Origin: Trichosphaerium sp. ATCC 40318
Lineage: Eukaryota; Protista; Tubulinea
Direction: 5' to 3'
NCBI GenBank assembly: GCA_038496445.1
Contig: JALMLS010000332.1
Coordinates: 1 to 64,000, forward strand
DNA length: 64,000 bases
The position numbers and the translations under genes were made by a program. Position 1 is the first letter of the stretch, and each line of letters starts with the position of its first letter. Under the pieces are notes generated by a model. That model saw only the letters and a program-made list of their open reading frames with translations. It ran no database searches and was not told where the DNA came from. This document shows positions 1 through 12,162 of the stretch, one piece after another.

Positions 1-3000
1 GAGTATCCAGTTCTGTGCTCATCTACCAAGGTACTTAAGACATGTCTTGTTCCCAAGGAGTAAGTCAATGCATGATGTAGTTACATCACACATCTTGCAA
101 GCTGGAGGTCGATTAACACTGCCTATGCTATGTTTTTTATGCATTTCTCATAGGGGTTATGTGGTAGAAGACCAACTGCAAGCGGAAGAGAAGCGACTAC
201 CAGGACAACACAAATTTCTTTATGTTTGGCGAATTTTTTTTTTTCGTCAGTGCCTCAAAGTGCTTTCTTCTTTTATGCTGTATTAGGCTACACGGTTGTA
301 AGACTGGGGGTTGTATGTGAAAATATTGAGTTTTCGTGGCACCTTCAATACCATTGTAACTCTCGTAGCTTTCTGCATACGCGTTGTGTGCTGTGGTTGA
401 GTTTGGAAAAAAAACCCAAAACGGCACTATTGCTTTGTTGTTCCTGTGCTTTGAGCCCCTTTTTCGTTGTCGACAGTATCCAAATAACTACTTGTGGGCC
501 CGAATACGCTCTCACAAACACCGTCACTCTATTTTATTGCCTTCACGCTATTGTGTATAAATAGCAACAAAAAACCAACCGTTTTTTCTTAAAACTGCCT
601 TTATTTGTCTCCGCTTGGCACTTACATCTATTTGTGCCTTGTTTCACCGGCGTAATCCGCCGTTTTTACCGTTCCTGTCCACGACGAATTTCAGTTGACT
701 ATCCAAACCTCTGACAAAAAAACCAGATCCAATCTCATCTTTTTAGTTGCTCGTTGCGAGCGATAATTGCACGTTCTCGGTGATACGTCATTGAAGGCTA
801 TTCCATTTAAAATTATTTGCTATAACAGCGAACAGTTTAAGTTAATACCATCTGTTTAGTTAGAAGTGAATTACGTTGCCTTGCACGAGGTGCGCAGACA
901 TCTTGTTTTACAAAAAATTAGAATAAATTAAGAAAAAACAGCCCGTTGTGAGAAGTGGCTTGTGTGTACCTAAGAATGCTTGGTGCTTCAGAAGCTATGA
1001 AAATAGAAAAAATGCGAATATTGATTTTGTTGTGGTAGAAAAGGGCGGCTAAAACAAGATCTGTCAGTTTTGTCAGTTCTTGCGAGATCTTGCACTTTGA
1101 TTGACTTCTGTCAAACCTGTTGCAAACTTGAATGATACGGACATACACTTGAAATTTACATTCAGTACTGCTTGATCAAGTATTGGTGCTTAATATTCGC
1201 CTCTACATGATGCAGGTATTAACGAATGCTTAAACGGAAACTCGCGTCCACCCAGTTTAATGAACACAACAAAATTGTACAAATGTTACTTAAAGCAGTG
1301 CAAAAATCGAAAAGATGGAGTATGACCGTTTGTAGTTAAGCCATCCTTAAACCGTTATTCCAAACCAGTGGAAATAACGTATTAACTAATGTGGTGATAC
1401 TGCTAGCTTCACTTTGGTGATTGTTTATCAAAGAAAAGGAACACACTGAAACAAAATAACTGCCTGAAGGTACAAGACAATATTACGCGGTTGGCACATA
1501 TGTAATGACTTGATGAGCTGTTTTTAGCAAAAAATGAGTGAAAGCAAGGAAACTGTCCCCAGAGTGCGCTTAGTAATAAAACCATTGGAAAAAACTGCGG
1601 TAGATACTCTGAAACATATGATAGATACCCGTTCAAGCACGTGTTACTTTTGTTTTGTTGTTTTTGGGTTTTTTTACTTCGAGTAATCATTACGAGTAGA
1701 ACAACAATTACTTGCGCCTGAATCCTTTGATGGTATTTGTTCTGCTCTCCATAAAGTTGGAACTTCTGAACTTGAAGATGCATCATTCGAAATACTGAGT
1801 GCAGTTATCAGATCTACTTTATCAGTGAGTATTATCAACTTTTTTCTTCGTTTTTTCGCTGTCGTGCAGCATGTTGGAGGATTTTTATTCCGCTAATTTT
1901 TTAATTTTGTTCCAAAGGATTGGGAAACGCTCCAGTTATGTAGTATGGTGCATAGGCGGGTTAAAATTTCAGAGACACCCAAAATGTATACTAAAATGTA
2001 CTTGAACCCCACCTGTGGTGATTCTGAGGTGCGTCAACTTATAAAGTATTGTAAGTTATTTACTATTTTTGTGACTGTAGAAGTCTTTACTAGTACAAGC
2101 AGTATTTGTACCAAAACCAATGGCACGTGACACACGTGGGCTAGTTTTTTTTCTTAAACAGCTTTAGGTTGCTTTGGCGCTTGCAGAGACTTTTGGGTTT
2201 GAGAATATACAATTAGATTGTTCTAGATGGTTTAACTCTACACTTTCACTATTACCTTCAAACAAATACTCATCATTTATGAGTAAGGAACCTGGTTTTT
2301 TAAATATTGTTTTCAACTTTAGTAAGTATTTCAAGGTACTCTTATGAGGCAACAGTTAAACCAAGTCAGAATACAGTCCCAGTATGAGGCTCAACAAAAA
2401 GTAGAAGTATACAGGGAACATACACATATAAATTTTGGCAGAGGTATGAAACCTTCTAATAGCTCGCTCTTAAGTGAAAAAAAGCACTAATCAGACCTCA
2501 GCCAAGTATACTATTAAACACGTTTGGATACCTACAACTGTAGTCAGTTTTGATGCTACAGGTGTGCTTGTGATGTCGAACTACTCAGAGATAAGTATTG
2601 CAGATAGTACTAAGATACGATTACCACGTGTGATCAATGGATATCGTTTTACCCCAGGTACTTATTTCTGATTTTGAGTTTGTTTTTGAAAATGTGTAGG
2701 TGATGAGTGTGAAGTAAAACATGAAGGCTATTGGGTATCTGGAACTATAATCGAGAGATCAGGCTCGAGGTATTTTGTTGAATTACACACTAAAGAAAAA
2801 GATCAGGATAGAGAACTGTATTCAAGTAAACAATTGATTTTAAAACGGAGCACACGTGCGTTCAACTAAGTTAGTTTTTTTACCATATTTTGATGGCTTA
2901 CAGGGTCGATTTTTGTACATTCTTCTATATCAGACTATGGCCTCCAAATGAGTAAGAAAATGGAAGAATTGTAAGAACAACTTGTGTTTTTTGGCGAGAC

Positions 3001-4090
3001 AAACGTTAAACTAACTTCTTTATTTTTTTTTAGTGACGCCTCTCTTGTTAAGTGTAAAAAATGTGAAAAGCATTTTGCAAGAGGTTTCTACATTTCTAGA
3101 ACAGATAACGTCGTAGAAGACTTTCGCTGTGATAATTGTGTTCAATGTGAATGTGGTACGCTACAAATATTTTATTACCTCTTGTATCTTGTAGTAATAG
3201 TATTCAAAGGTGCTGATGGTTGGACTCCTCTTTTAGGATCCAACCCTGAAATGAGAACTGTAACTAGATGCCAAGTACGTGTATATGTATTTACTGCTAG
3301 TTTAATTACGTTAAATAGCAATGTTATCTCAATGGACAATGTTCTCTATGTGCAAATAGAAGTATACGAATGAGAGTTTGCAAAGATTGTGAGGGAAGGC
3401 CACAAGATCAAGAACCTGACAGCCAACAAAGCCCTCAACCAGAATTGATGAACAATCCTGTGGTAGATATGGAGGAAGAAGAGGAAGATAGTATAATTGA
3501 TGAAGACGAGATAATGACGGTATGTTAATGCAATATGTATTCAGGGTAAAATATCAACCTTTTGCACTTTTCTAATCACAGTCTCTTGATTATGTTTTAA
3601 CTTATTCCTTTTTAGGATATTCCTCCACTTAAAACAGGAGACAATCAAGTTGATAAAATGATGGACATCATTAGATACGAGGAGAGATTGAAACACCTTC
3701 ACGTTGATATTATGGAAAAAGATGCAAAATATGAACAAATCACGTGTCAGTGTCTATCACAGGATGAGTCTATGGAGAAGCTAATTAAAAATATGTTAAA
3801 AATTAGGAGAGGCGAATTCTACCAAAGAAGAGAGTTAACCCAACTAAGAGAGGCTCTATGTAAGTCCCTTTGAATATGTCTTTTTTCCTAACTATCTTTT
3901 TCTCTTAGATTTGAATCAAGAACTCCTCAGAGCTCTATTATACTCTAGGAATGATCTTTTAAGAGCTAAACGAGAGCAACGATCAACAGAAAGAAGTATA
4001 CAAACAATGGAAGCAGAAATACTGTCTGCAATAAGAGAAAAAGCAGAAAGGCTATTGTCAAGGCAAAAAGCAGAGTAAATTAATCCTTTT
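1..4090. repeat. Left arm of ~4.1 kb inverted duplication (probably continues beyond the window start)
   Basis: Reverse complement of 5288-9385 aligns along its whole length, with scattered substitutions and small indels. Identical ORFs appear on opposite strands (3658-3873+ / 5506-5721-; 918-1148- / 8213-8443+). Confidence 0.97.
1534..4078 (+). CDS. Multi-exon protein: BTB/BACK-like segment, tandem Tudor/Agenet-like barrels, Cys-rich (Zn-finger-like) region, acidic stretch, C-terminal coiled coil
   Basis: Spliced read: MSESKETVPRVRL...ELEDASFEILSAVIRS...PMVALALAETFGFENIQLDCSRWF...VWIPTTVVSFD...FTPGDECEVKHEGYWVSGTIIERSGSRYFVEL...CKKC...CDNC...CSLC...CKDC...EEEEED...AERLLSRQKAE*. Domain names are motif resemblance only. 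Confidence 0.65.
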
Positions 4091-4856
4091 AACCACACAC
4101 AGTTTCTATGCTCCTTCAACTACCCAAGTAACTGTACACAACCAGCACATGGCAAAGTAAAAACACATTCTTTAATTTAGACTTCATAGTTTTAATAAAG
4201 GTCTTGCGAATCGTAGCATGCTTATTCAGGCTTGTACCCATCACGTATGGAACTAGACGAGGACTGGAAACGTTGTTTGTGACAGCACCTCTTTTGGATT
4301 TTTTGCTGTAAGTGCATTTGTCGGTGGAGTAGCGATAGCTTCCACTGCTCGTGTACTCATATCACTTGCTACTCGCACGATTAGGTTAGCGAATACGTTT
4401 GTTTGATCACGTGATATGGCGCATAAAAATTGAAATACCCGAAAGTGAGAAACGAAATTGTAGTAAAATTGAAGTAATATTCATGTGAAAAAGTGCCAAT
4501 ACCATAATAACCGACAAGAAATGGAGGCACACGACATCTTGGTATTGCGAAAGGTTGTTTTTGATGTACTTGAGACTTGATCTAAGCCGTTTGTTTAGAA
4601 AAAACAGATTCTTGAAGATATATTGGCTTGGCAGGTCAAAAAACAACCTTGTTTCGCGTCTACATCAATATTGGAAGCATGTCAATAGTACGTTCAGCTC
4701 AGCTTATTTGCTCTCAAAGCTACAACAAAAGCACCGTGTTTTACCTCACAACTTTTAGTGTTCATCAATACATCATCTCTCACAACGATCCATTCGTATT
4801 ACTTCGATCCAATACTGTATCAACCAATACAATTTCCACAACCGCCAAGAGCACAC

Positions 4857-4934
4857 TCACTAGCTTCACGGGTAATGAGATAGATTCTACGACATTCACT
4901 AACTTCACAGGTAATGAATCAGATTCCAACAACT
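4857..4934. repeat. 39-bp imperfect tandem repeat (2 copies) in the spacer of the inverted duplication
   Basis: TCACTAGCTTCACGGGTAATGAGATAGATTC... versus TCACTAACTTCACAGGTAATGAATCAGATTC... Confidence 0.8.
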
Positions 4935-5287
4935 TCTGCTGTATGAAATAACCTTGATACTTAGAGCTACCAACTGAGATTGTATGGCACGTGATAAGCT
5001 TTCTAGATGACAAATGTATTCTCGCGATATCACAAACAGCAAAGCCGTATGCGAAGTATTGCCAGAGTCAATTCACATGGCTCTTCGAAACTAATAGAGT
5101 AGGTTGAGTGCCTTGCTATTTTATTGTTTGTAACTTACTGGTTCCAAGAGCAAAGCCAACACGTATGGGTTCCTAAGCAAGTATTACAAGGCTGGTGTGA
5201 ATCCGTACACATTAAATTGGTCACAATCCAAAAGAAAGTTCACAAGTCGCATCAAGAAACGAAACAAAAAACAAAAGTCGACTGATA

Positions 5288-8200
5288 AAAAGGATTAATT
5301 TACTCTGCTTTTTGCCTTGACAATAGCCTTTCTGCTTGTTCTCTTATTGCAGACAGTATTTCTGCTTCCATTGTTTGTATACTTCTTTCTGTTGATCTTT
5401 GCTCTCGTTTAGCTCTTAAAAGATCATTCCTAGAGTATAATAGAGCTCTGAGGAGTTCTTGATTCAAATCTAGGAGAAAAAGATAGTTAGGAAAAAAAGA
5501 CATATTCAAAGGGACTTACATAGAGCCTCTCTTAGTTGGGTTAACTCTCTTCTTTGGTAGAATTCGCCTCTCCTAATTTTTAACATATTTTTAATTAGCT
5601 TCTCCATAGACTCATCCTGTGATAGACACTGACACGTGATTTGTTCATATTTTGCATCTTTTTCCATAATATCAACGTGAAGGTGTTTCAATCTCTCCTC
5701 GTATCTAATGATGTCCATCATTTTATCAACTTGATTGTCTCCTGTTTTAAGTGGAGGAATATCCTAAAAAGGAATAAGTTAAAAGAACCTGTGATTAGAA
5801 AAGTGCAAGGTTGATATTTTACGCTGAATATATATTGCATTAACATACCGTCATTATCTCGTCTTCATCAATTATACTATCTTCCTCTTCTTCCTCCATA
5901 TCTACCACAGGATTGTTCATCAATTCTGGTTGAGGGCTTTGTTGGCTGTCAGGTTCTTGATCTTGTGGCCTTCCCTCACAATCTTTGCAAACTCTCATTC
6001 GTATACTTCTATTTGCACATAGAGAACATTGTCCATTGAGATAACATTGCTATTTAACGTAATTAAACTAGCAGTAAATACATATACACGTACTTGGCAT
6101 CTAGTTACAGTTCTCAGTTCAGGGTTGGATCCTAAAAGAGGAGTCCAACCATCAGCACCTTTGAATACTATTACTACAAGATACAAGAGGTAATAAACTA
6201 TTTGTAGTACCACATTCACATTGAACACAATTATCACAGTGAAAGTCTTCTACGACGTTATCTGTTCTAGAAATGTAGAAACCTCTTGCAAAATGCTTTT
6301 CACACTTTTTACACTTAACAAGAGAGGCGTCACTAAAAAAAAATCAAGAAGTTAGTTTAACGTTTGTCTCGCCAAAAAAAACAAGTTGTTCTTACAATTC
6401 TTCCATTTTCTTACTCATTTGGAGGCCATAGTCTGATATAGAAGAATGTACAAAAATCGACCCTGTAAGCCATCAAAATATGGTAAAAAAACTAACTTAG
6501 TTGAACGCACGTGTGCTCCGTTTTAAAATCAGTTGTTTGCTTGAATACAGTTCTCTATCCTTATCTTTTTCTTTAGTGTGTAATTCAACAAAATACCGTG
6601 AGCCTGATTTCTCAATTATAGTTCCAGATACCCAATAGCCTTCATGTTTTACTTCACACTCATCACCTACACATTTTCAAAAAAACAAAATCAGAAATCA
6701 GAAATAAGTTACCTGGGGTAAAACGATATCCATTGATCACACGTGGTAATCGTATCTTAGTACTATCTGCAATACTAATCTCTGAGTAGTTCGACATCAC
6801 AATCACACCTGTAGCATCAAAACTGACTACAGTTGTAGGTATCCAAACGTTTTTAATAGTATACTTGGCTGAGGTTTGATTAGTGCTTTTTTTTTCACTT
6901 AAGAGCTATTAGAAGGTTTCATACCTCTGCCAAAATTTACAAATGTATGTTCCCTGTATACTTCTACTTTTTGTTGACCCTCATACTGGGACTGTATTCT
7001 GACTTGGTTTAACTGTTGCCTCATAAGAGTACCTTAAAATACTTACTAAAGTTGAAAACAATATTTAAAAAACCAGGTTCCTTACTCATAAATGATGAGT
7101 ACTTGTTTGAAGGTAATAGTGAAAGTGTAGAGTTAAACCATCTAGAACAATCGGATTGTATATTCTCAAACCCAAAAGTCTCTGCGAGCGCCAAAGCAAC
7201 CTAAAGCTGTTTAAGAAAAAAAAACTAGCGCACGTGTCACGTGCCATTGGTTTTGGTACAAATACTGCCTGTACTAGTAAAGACTTCTACAGTCACAAAA
7301 AGAGTAAATAACTTACAATACTTTATAGTTGACGCACCTCAGAATCACCACAGGTGGGGTTCAAGTACATTTTAGTATACATTTTGGGTGTCTCTGAAAT
7401 TTTAACCCGCCTATGCACCATACTACATAACTGGAGCGTTTCCCAATCCTTTGGAACAAAATTAAAAATTAGCGGAATAAAAATCCTCCAACAGTGCACG
7501 ACAGCGAAAAAACGAAGAAAAAAGTTGATAATACTCACCGATAAAGTAGATCTGATAACTGCACTCAGTATTTCGAATGATGCATCTTCAAGTTCAGATG
7601 TTCCAACTTTATGGAGAGCAGAACAAATACCATCAAAGGATTCAGGCGCAAGTAATTGTTGTTCTACTCGTAATGATTACTCGAAGTAAAAAAACCAAAA
7701 ACAAAAACAAAAGTAACACGTGCTTGAACGGGTATCTATCATATGTTTCAGAGTATCTACCGCAGTTTTTTCCAATGGTTTTATTACTAAGCGCACTCTG
7801 GGGACAGTTCCTTGCTTTCACTCATTTTTTGCTAAAAACAGCTCATCAAGTCATTACATATGTGCCAACCGCGTAATATTGTCTTGTGTACCTTCAGGCA
7901 GTTATTTTGTTTCAGTGTGTTCCTTTTCTTTGATAAACAATCACCAAACTGAAGCTAGCAGTATCACCACATTAGTTAATACGTTATTTCCACTGATTTG
8001 GAATAACGGTTTAAGGATGGCTTAACTACAAACGGTCATACTCCATCTTTTCGATTTTTGCACTGCTTTGAGTAACATTTGTACAATTTTGTTGTGTTCA
8101 TTAAACTGGGTGGACGCGAGTTTCCGTTTAAGCATTCGTTAATACCTGCATCATGTAGAGGCGAATATTAAGCACCAATACTTGATCAAGCAGTACTGAA

Positions 8201-9385
8201 TGTAAATTTCAAGTGTATGTCCGTATCATTCAAGTTTGCAACAGGTTTGACAGAAGTCAATCAAAGTGCAAGATCTCGCAAGAACTGACAAAACTGACAG
8301 ATCTTGTTTTAGCCGCCCTTTTCTACCACAACAAAATCAATATTCGCATTTTTTCTATTTTCATAGCTTCTGAAGCACCAAGCATTCTTAGGTACACACA
8401 AGCCACTTCTCACAACGGGCTGTTTTTTCTTAATTTATTCTAATTTTTTGTAAAACAAGATGTCTGCGCACCTCGTGCAAGGCAACGTAATTCACTTCTA
8501 ACTAAACAGATGGTATTAACTTAAACTGTTCGCTGTTATAGCAAATAATTTTAAATGGAATAGCCTTCAATGACGTATCACCGAGAACGTGCAATTATCG
8601 CTCGCAACGAGCAACTAAAAAGATGAGATTGGATCTGTTTTTTTTTTCAGAGGTTTGGATAGTCAACTGAAATTCGTCGTGGACAGGAACAGTGAAAACA
8701 GCAAATTGCGTTGGTGAAACAACGCGCAAATAGATGTAAGTGCCAAGCGGAGACAAATAAAGGCAGTTTTGAGAAAAAACGGTTGGTTTTTTGTTACTAT
8801 TTATACACAATAGCGTTAAGGCAATAAAATACAGTGACAGTGTTTATGTGTGCGTATTCGAACCCACAAGTAGTTATTTGGATACTGTCAACAACGAAAA
8901 AGGGGCTCAAAGCACAGGAACAACAAAGCAATATTGTTGTTTGGGGTTTTTTTTTCCAAACTCAACCACGCACACAACGCGTATTCAGAGAGCTACGAGA
9001 GCTACAGTGGTATTGAAGGTGCCACGAAAACTCAATATTTTTGCACTATACCTTCAGTCTTACAACCGTGTAGCCTAATACAGCACAAAAGAAGAAAGCA
9101 CTTCGAGGCACTGACGAAAAAAAAAAATTTCGCCAAACACAAAGAATTTTGTGTTGTGCCCTTGCAGTCGCTTCTCTTCTGCTTGCAGTTGGTCTTCTAT
9201 CACATAACCCCTATGAGAAATGCATAAAAAACATAGCATAGGCAGTGTTAATCGACCTCCAGCTTGCAAGATGTGTGATGTAACTACATCATGCATTGTC
9301 ATACTCCTTGGGAACAAGACATGTCTTAAGTACCTTGGTAGATGAGCACAGAACACTCGCATTGTACCACAAAAACTGGATACTC
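5288..9385. repeat. Right arm of ~4.1 kb inverted duplication
   Basis: Ends in AACTGGATACTC, the reverse complement of window bases 1-12. Has a ~22 bp insertion near 9355-9375 relative to the left arm. Confidence 0.97.
5300..7825 (-). CDS. Second (inverted) copy of the BTB-like/Tudor-like/coiled-coil gene, with a 1-nt deletion near the start
   Basis: Same exons as 1534-4078. GGAAACTG is GGAACTG near 7808, giving an early stop (pseudogene or homopolymer error). Confidence 0.6.
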
Positions 9386-9529
9386 TAGATGAGATAGAAA
9401 AGGCAAGCCCTTAGTACATCCATCATGACGATTCCATGATGTGACAGTGCAGCTTCGTACTGTGCCTTCAAAATGTTATTGTTGGTTGTGTTGTACTCTT
9501 TCTCTTCTATCATTAGAACGCCCATGCAG

Positions 9530-10128
9530 GCGTAGAAATGTTAATCGAGTTGTGGGTTCTGCATGACTTTGTCCTTGTGACAACAACAACAGCACTGGCA
9601 TCTTTGTGATGTTAGTGCACAAGAATGCAACTCTTCTTTCATATGGTACTGTAGCAATGCAGTATGGCTATGTTAATCGAGTTACTTCTTGTAACCAGCG
9701 GTGACCGAGATCCACCGTTGTACAGACATTGCACTCTAACAAGTACATGTCATCAGCAGCTCAGCATCTTTGTGATGTTGGTAAGTAAGCAGCCTGGCAA
9801 GAGAGTACTACTCTTCTATCATATATAATATATTGCAGCAATGCAGTATGGATATGTTAATCGAGTTACTCTTCTTGTAACCACAGCGGTGACCATGATC
9901 CACCGTTGTAAGGACATTGCACCCTAACAGGTCCATGTCATAAGCAGCCACAAAAGAAGCAGCTCTTCTTTCATGTGTACAGCAGCAATGCAGTATGAAT
10001 ATGTTAATCGAGTTTCTTCTCTTGTAACCACAGTGGCGACCTTCACAGGCCGCCGCTATGAGGACATTGTACCCTAACAGGTACGTGTCATCAGCAGCTA
10101 GATTAGATTGATGCTCCCAGCGGGCCAC
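9530..10128 (-). pseudogene. Degenerate ~130-185 bp tandem repeat array, probable decayed ankyrin-repeat gene
   Basis: ATGTTAATCGAGTT recurs near 9538, 9670, 9854 and 10001; three units share a downstream block. The minus strand reads D-x-LLGYNVLIAAACEGRH and D-LLGCNVLTTVDHGH (ankyrin-like), interrupted by indels. Confidence 0.55.
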
Positions 10129-10996
10129 AATCTTTGACAGTTGTGCAGAAAATAAGTGAGTTGAAGTCCCCTCTTAGGGGACAACAGCTTGTATGTGCAA
10201 CAATTAGCCGTGTATATCGGGGGGCTTCTTAATCGGGTCATTAATCACTGCCTAAGGGACTACGGAGTGAGTACACGGAACATAGTCTCAGATGCACATC
10301 ACATCTGAGTGTACGCTAGTATTACACATGAGTACCATACTTCCACCTGGACCATCGACTGGGAGTATGATAGTATGCATTGTTGACAACGAACCGTCGA
10401 CAACTATATGCCTATGTTATGAAAGTTGGTTCCTCTTTTGGTGTTATAAAATCTTTGAAAGGAGTTATGCTGAACTGAGTGCCGGAGTCATGCTATGTGT
10501 TGCACATATATCTAGAGAGTATGTCCAGTATGAGTGAGCCCTAGGGCAAGCGAGTACTTTTAGTATTGAGTGAGCCTTAGGGTAAACGAATGCTATCCAC
10601 CCATGTATGCCAATCATATTGAATATATGAATACATGACAACCATGAACTTGTTTCTCCGCTGGCGTTTAATCACGTGTATAAATGCTTGAGGAGATTCT
10701 GGTCATGGGAAATGCATGCGATGAGAAGCATTGCGTAAGCAATGGGAAGTTGGAGAATGCGTGAGCACTGTGTGAGGTTTTGCTTCAGCAATGTAGTAGC
10801 GCTCGATTCCGTTCAGTGGATGAAGGGGACATGTGTTCCTGGTAGTCTTAAGCTGCACAATTATTCAGATACTCAGAGGAACTACATTTGTCAAGTACTT
10901 TGGGTAACGCACCACGGTTGTCTTACCTAGGCGTAGCGGTTGATGGATAGTTGAAAGGTGACATACGTGTCTAAGATAACTTATTTTTTGTACAAC

Positions 10997-11313
10997 TTGT
11001 ACCCACAAGGAAAGGTACTGTCTAGGTACTTGTTTGGAGGAAAGACACCGTGTGTGTCAAGAATGATGCCTTTGCAGGCTATATTTGAAATTGCAATGAG
11101 TGCAAGTTGCATGCATTACAAAAGGTATGTATTAAATATATATTTATTTATACATGCAGTGTTGCTCTGAGGGCTTCAGTACATACCTTTTGTAATGCCA
11201 ACCATGTACCTTGCACATTGTGCTTCAAATATATCTCACTAGGGCATCATTCTTGCCCACAGGTGTCTTACCTTCCAACAAGTACTTGGACATGTGCCTT
11301 TGCTTGTGGGCAA
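10997..11313. repeat. Imperfect foldback, ~135 bp arms and ~40 bp loop
   Basis: CCCACAAGGAAAGG...AGACACC...CAAGAATGATGCC...TATATTTGAA...GCATTACAAAAGGTATGTA at 11002-11131 is mirrored by TACATACCTTTTGTAATGC...TTCAAATATA...GGCATCATTCTTG...GGTGTCT...CCTTTGCTTGTGGG at 11180-11310. Confidence 0.9.
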
Positions 11314-12162
11314 CAATATCATATGAATTTATGACTAACCTTTTGTATGAGTAGCCACAAGGGATGTGGATTGACAGGATGGTACGTATAGGTTGTTGGT
11401 AAAGTAATTGGGTAGGTACCAAAAGGGGATTCATAGGGTGGTACGTAAGTTAGGCTTCTTATTGGCTTGGGTGATAAGGTTGGTTGCAAGGCTTCAAGAT
11501 TTTGGCAAGGTGGAGATTCTGTAATTGGATAGATTATCATAGGCACGTGTTTATACATGTATAAAAGTTTACATACTAACTGTTCTACTTTCAAGGCTTG
11601 GCTTACAATGGGTACAAAAGGGTATAGATTCATAGGATGGTACGTCATACTGTAACAGTTAGGTAGGGTGCAAGAGTGTGGATGCACAGGATGGGTACAT
11701 ACATTTTAGGTGTAGCCAAGGTGATAGCTTGCAAAATGGTATGTAGGTTTCTGATTTCATATATTTTCATTGGTAGTTTTAATGCATCGTTGTTTACAAT
11801 GCACCACCATTGTAAATAATGATACAAATTATAGGTTTATTAATACATATTATAAGTTATTTGCTAACTGTTCTTCCTTCGCTGCTTGGCTGTAATGTAC
11901 CACTAATGTAACTAATAAATACTGAATTACTTAAAAAATTTGTAGCTGTTTAAGTTTGATATGCAAAAAAGCTGTAACTTGTGGTTTAACCTAGCTGTTT
12001 GTGGCTATGGATTAATGACAAGAACCGTTACAGAATGCAGACATCAAAAAAGGCTTGTATTGAGCGTATGTCTAACATGAATGATGTTGAACTTTAGGGA
12101 ACGAAAGTTAATTTGTTTTAAGCACGGAACCGTTCTCTTTATTAATAATCTTTTGAAGTAAT

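Noticed and set aside
47-1148. ORFs in the outer part of the inverted-repeat arms
   Set aside because: No recognisable motifs, and indels between the two arms break several of the frames.
9530-10105. CRISPR-like array
   Set aside because: Units are long and degenerate, inter-motif segments are homologous rather than unique, and the context is eukaryotic with no cas genes.
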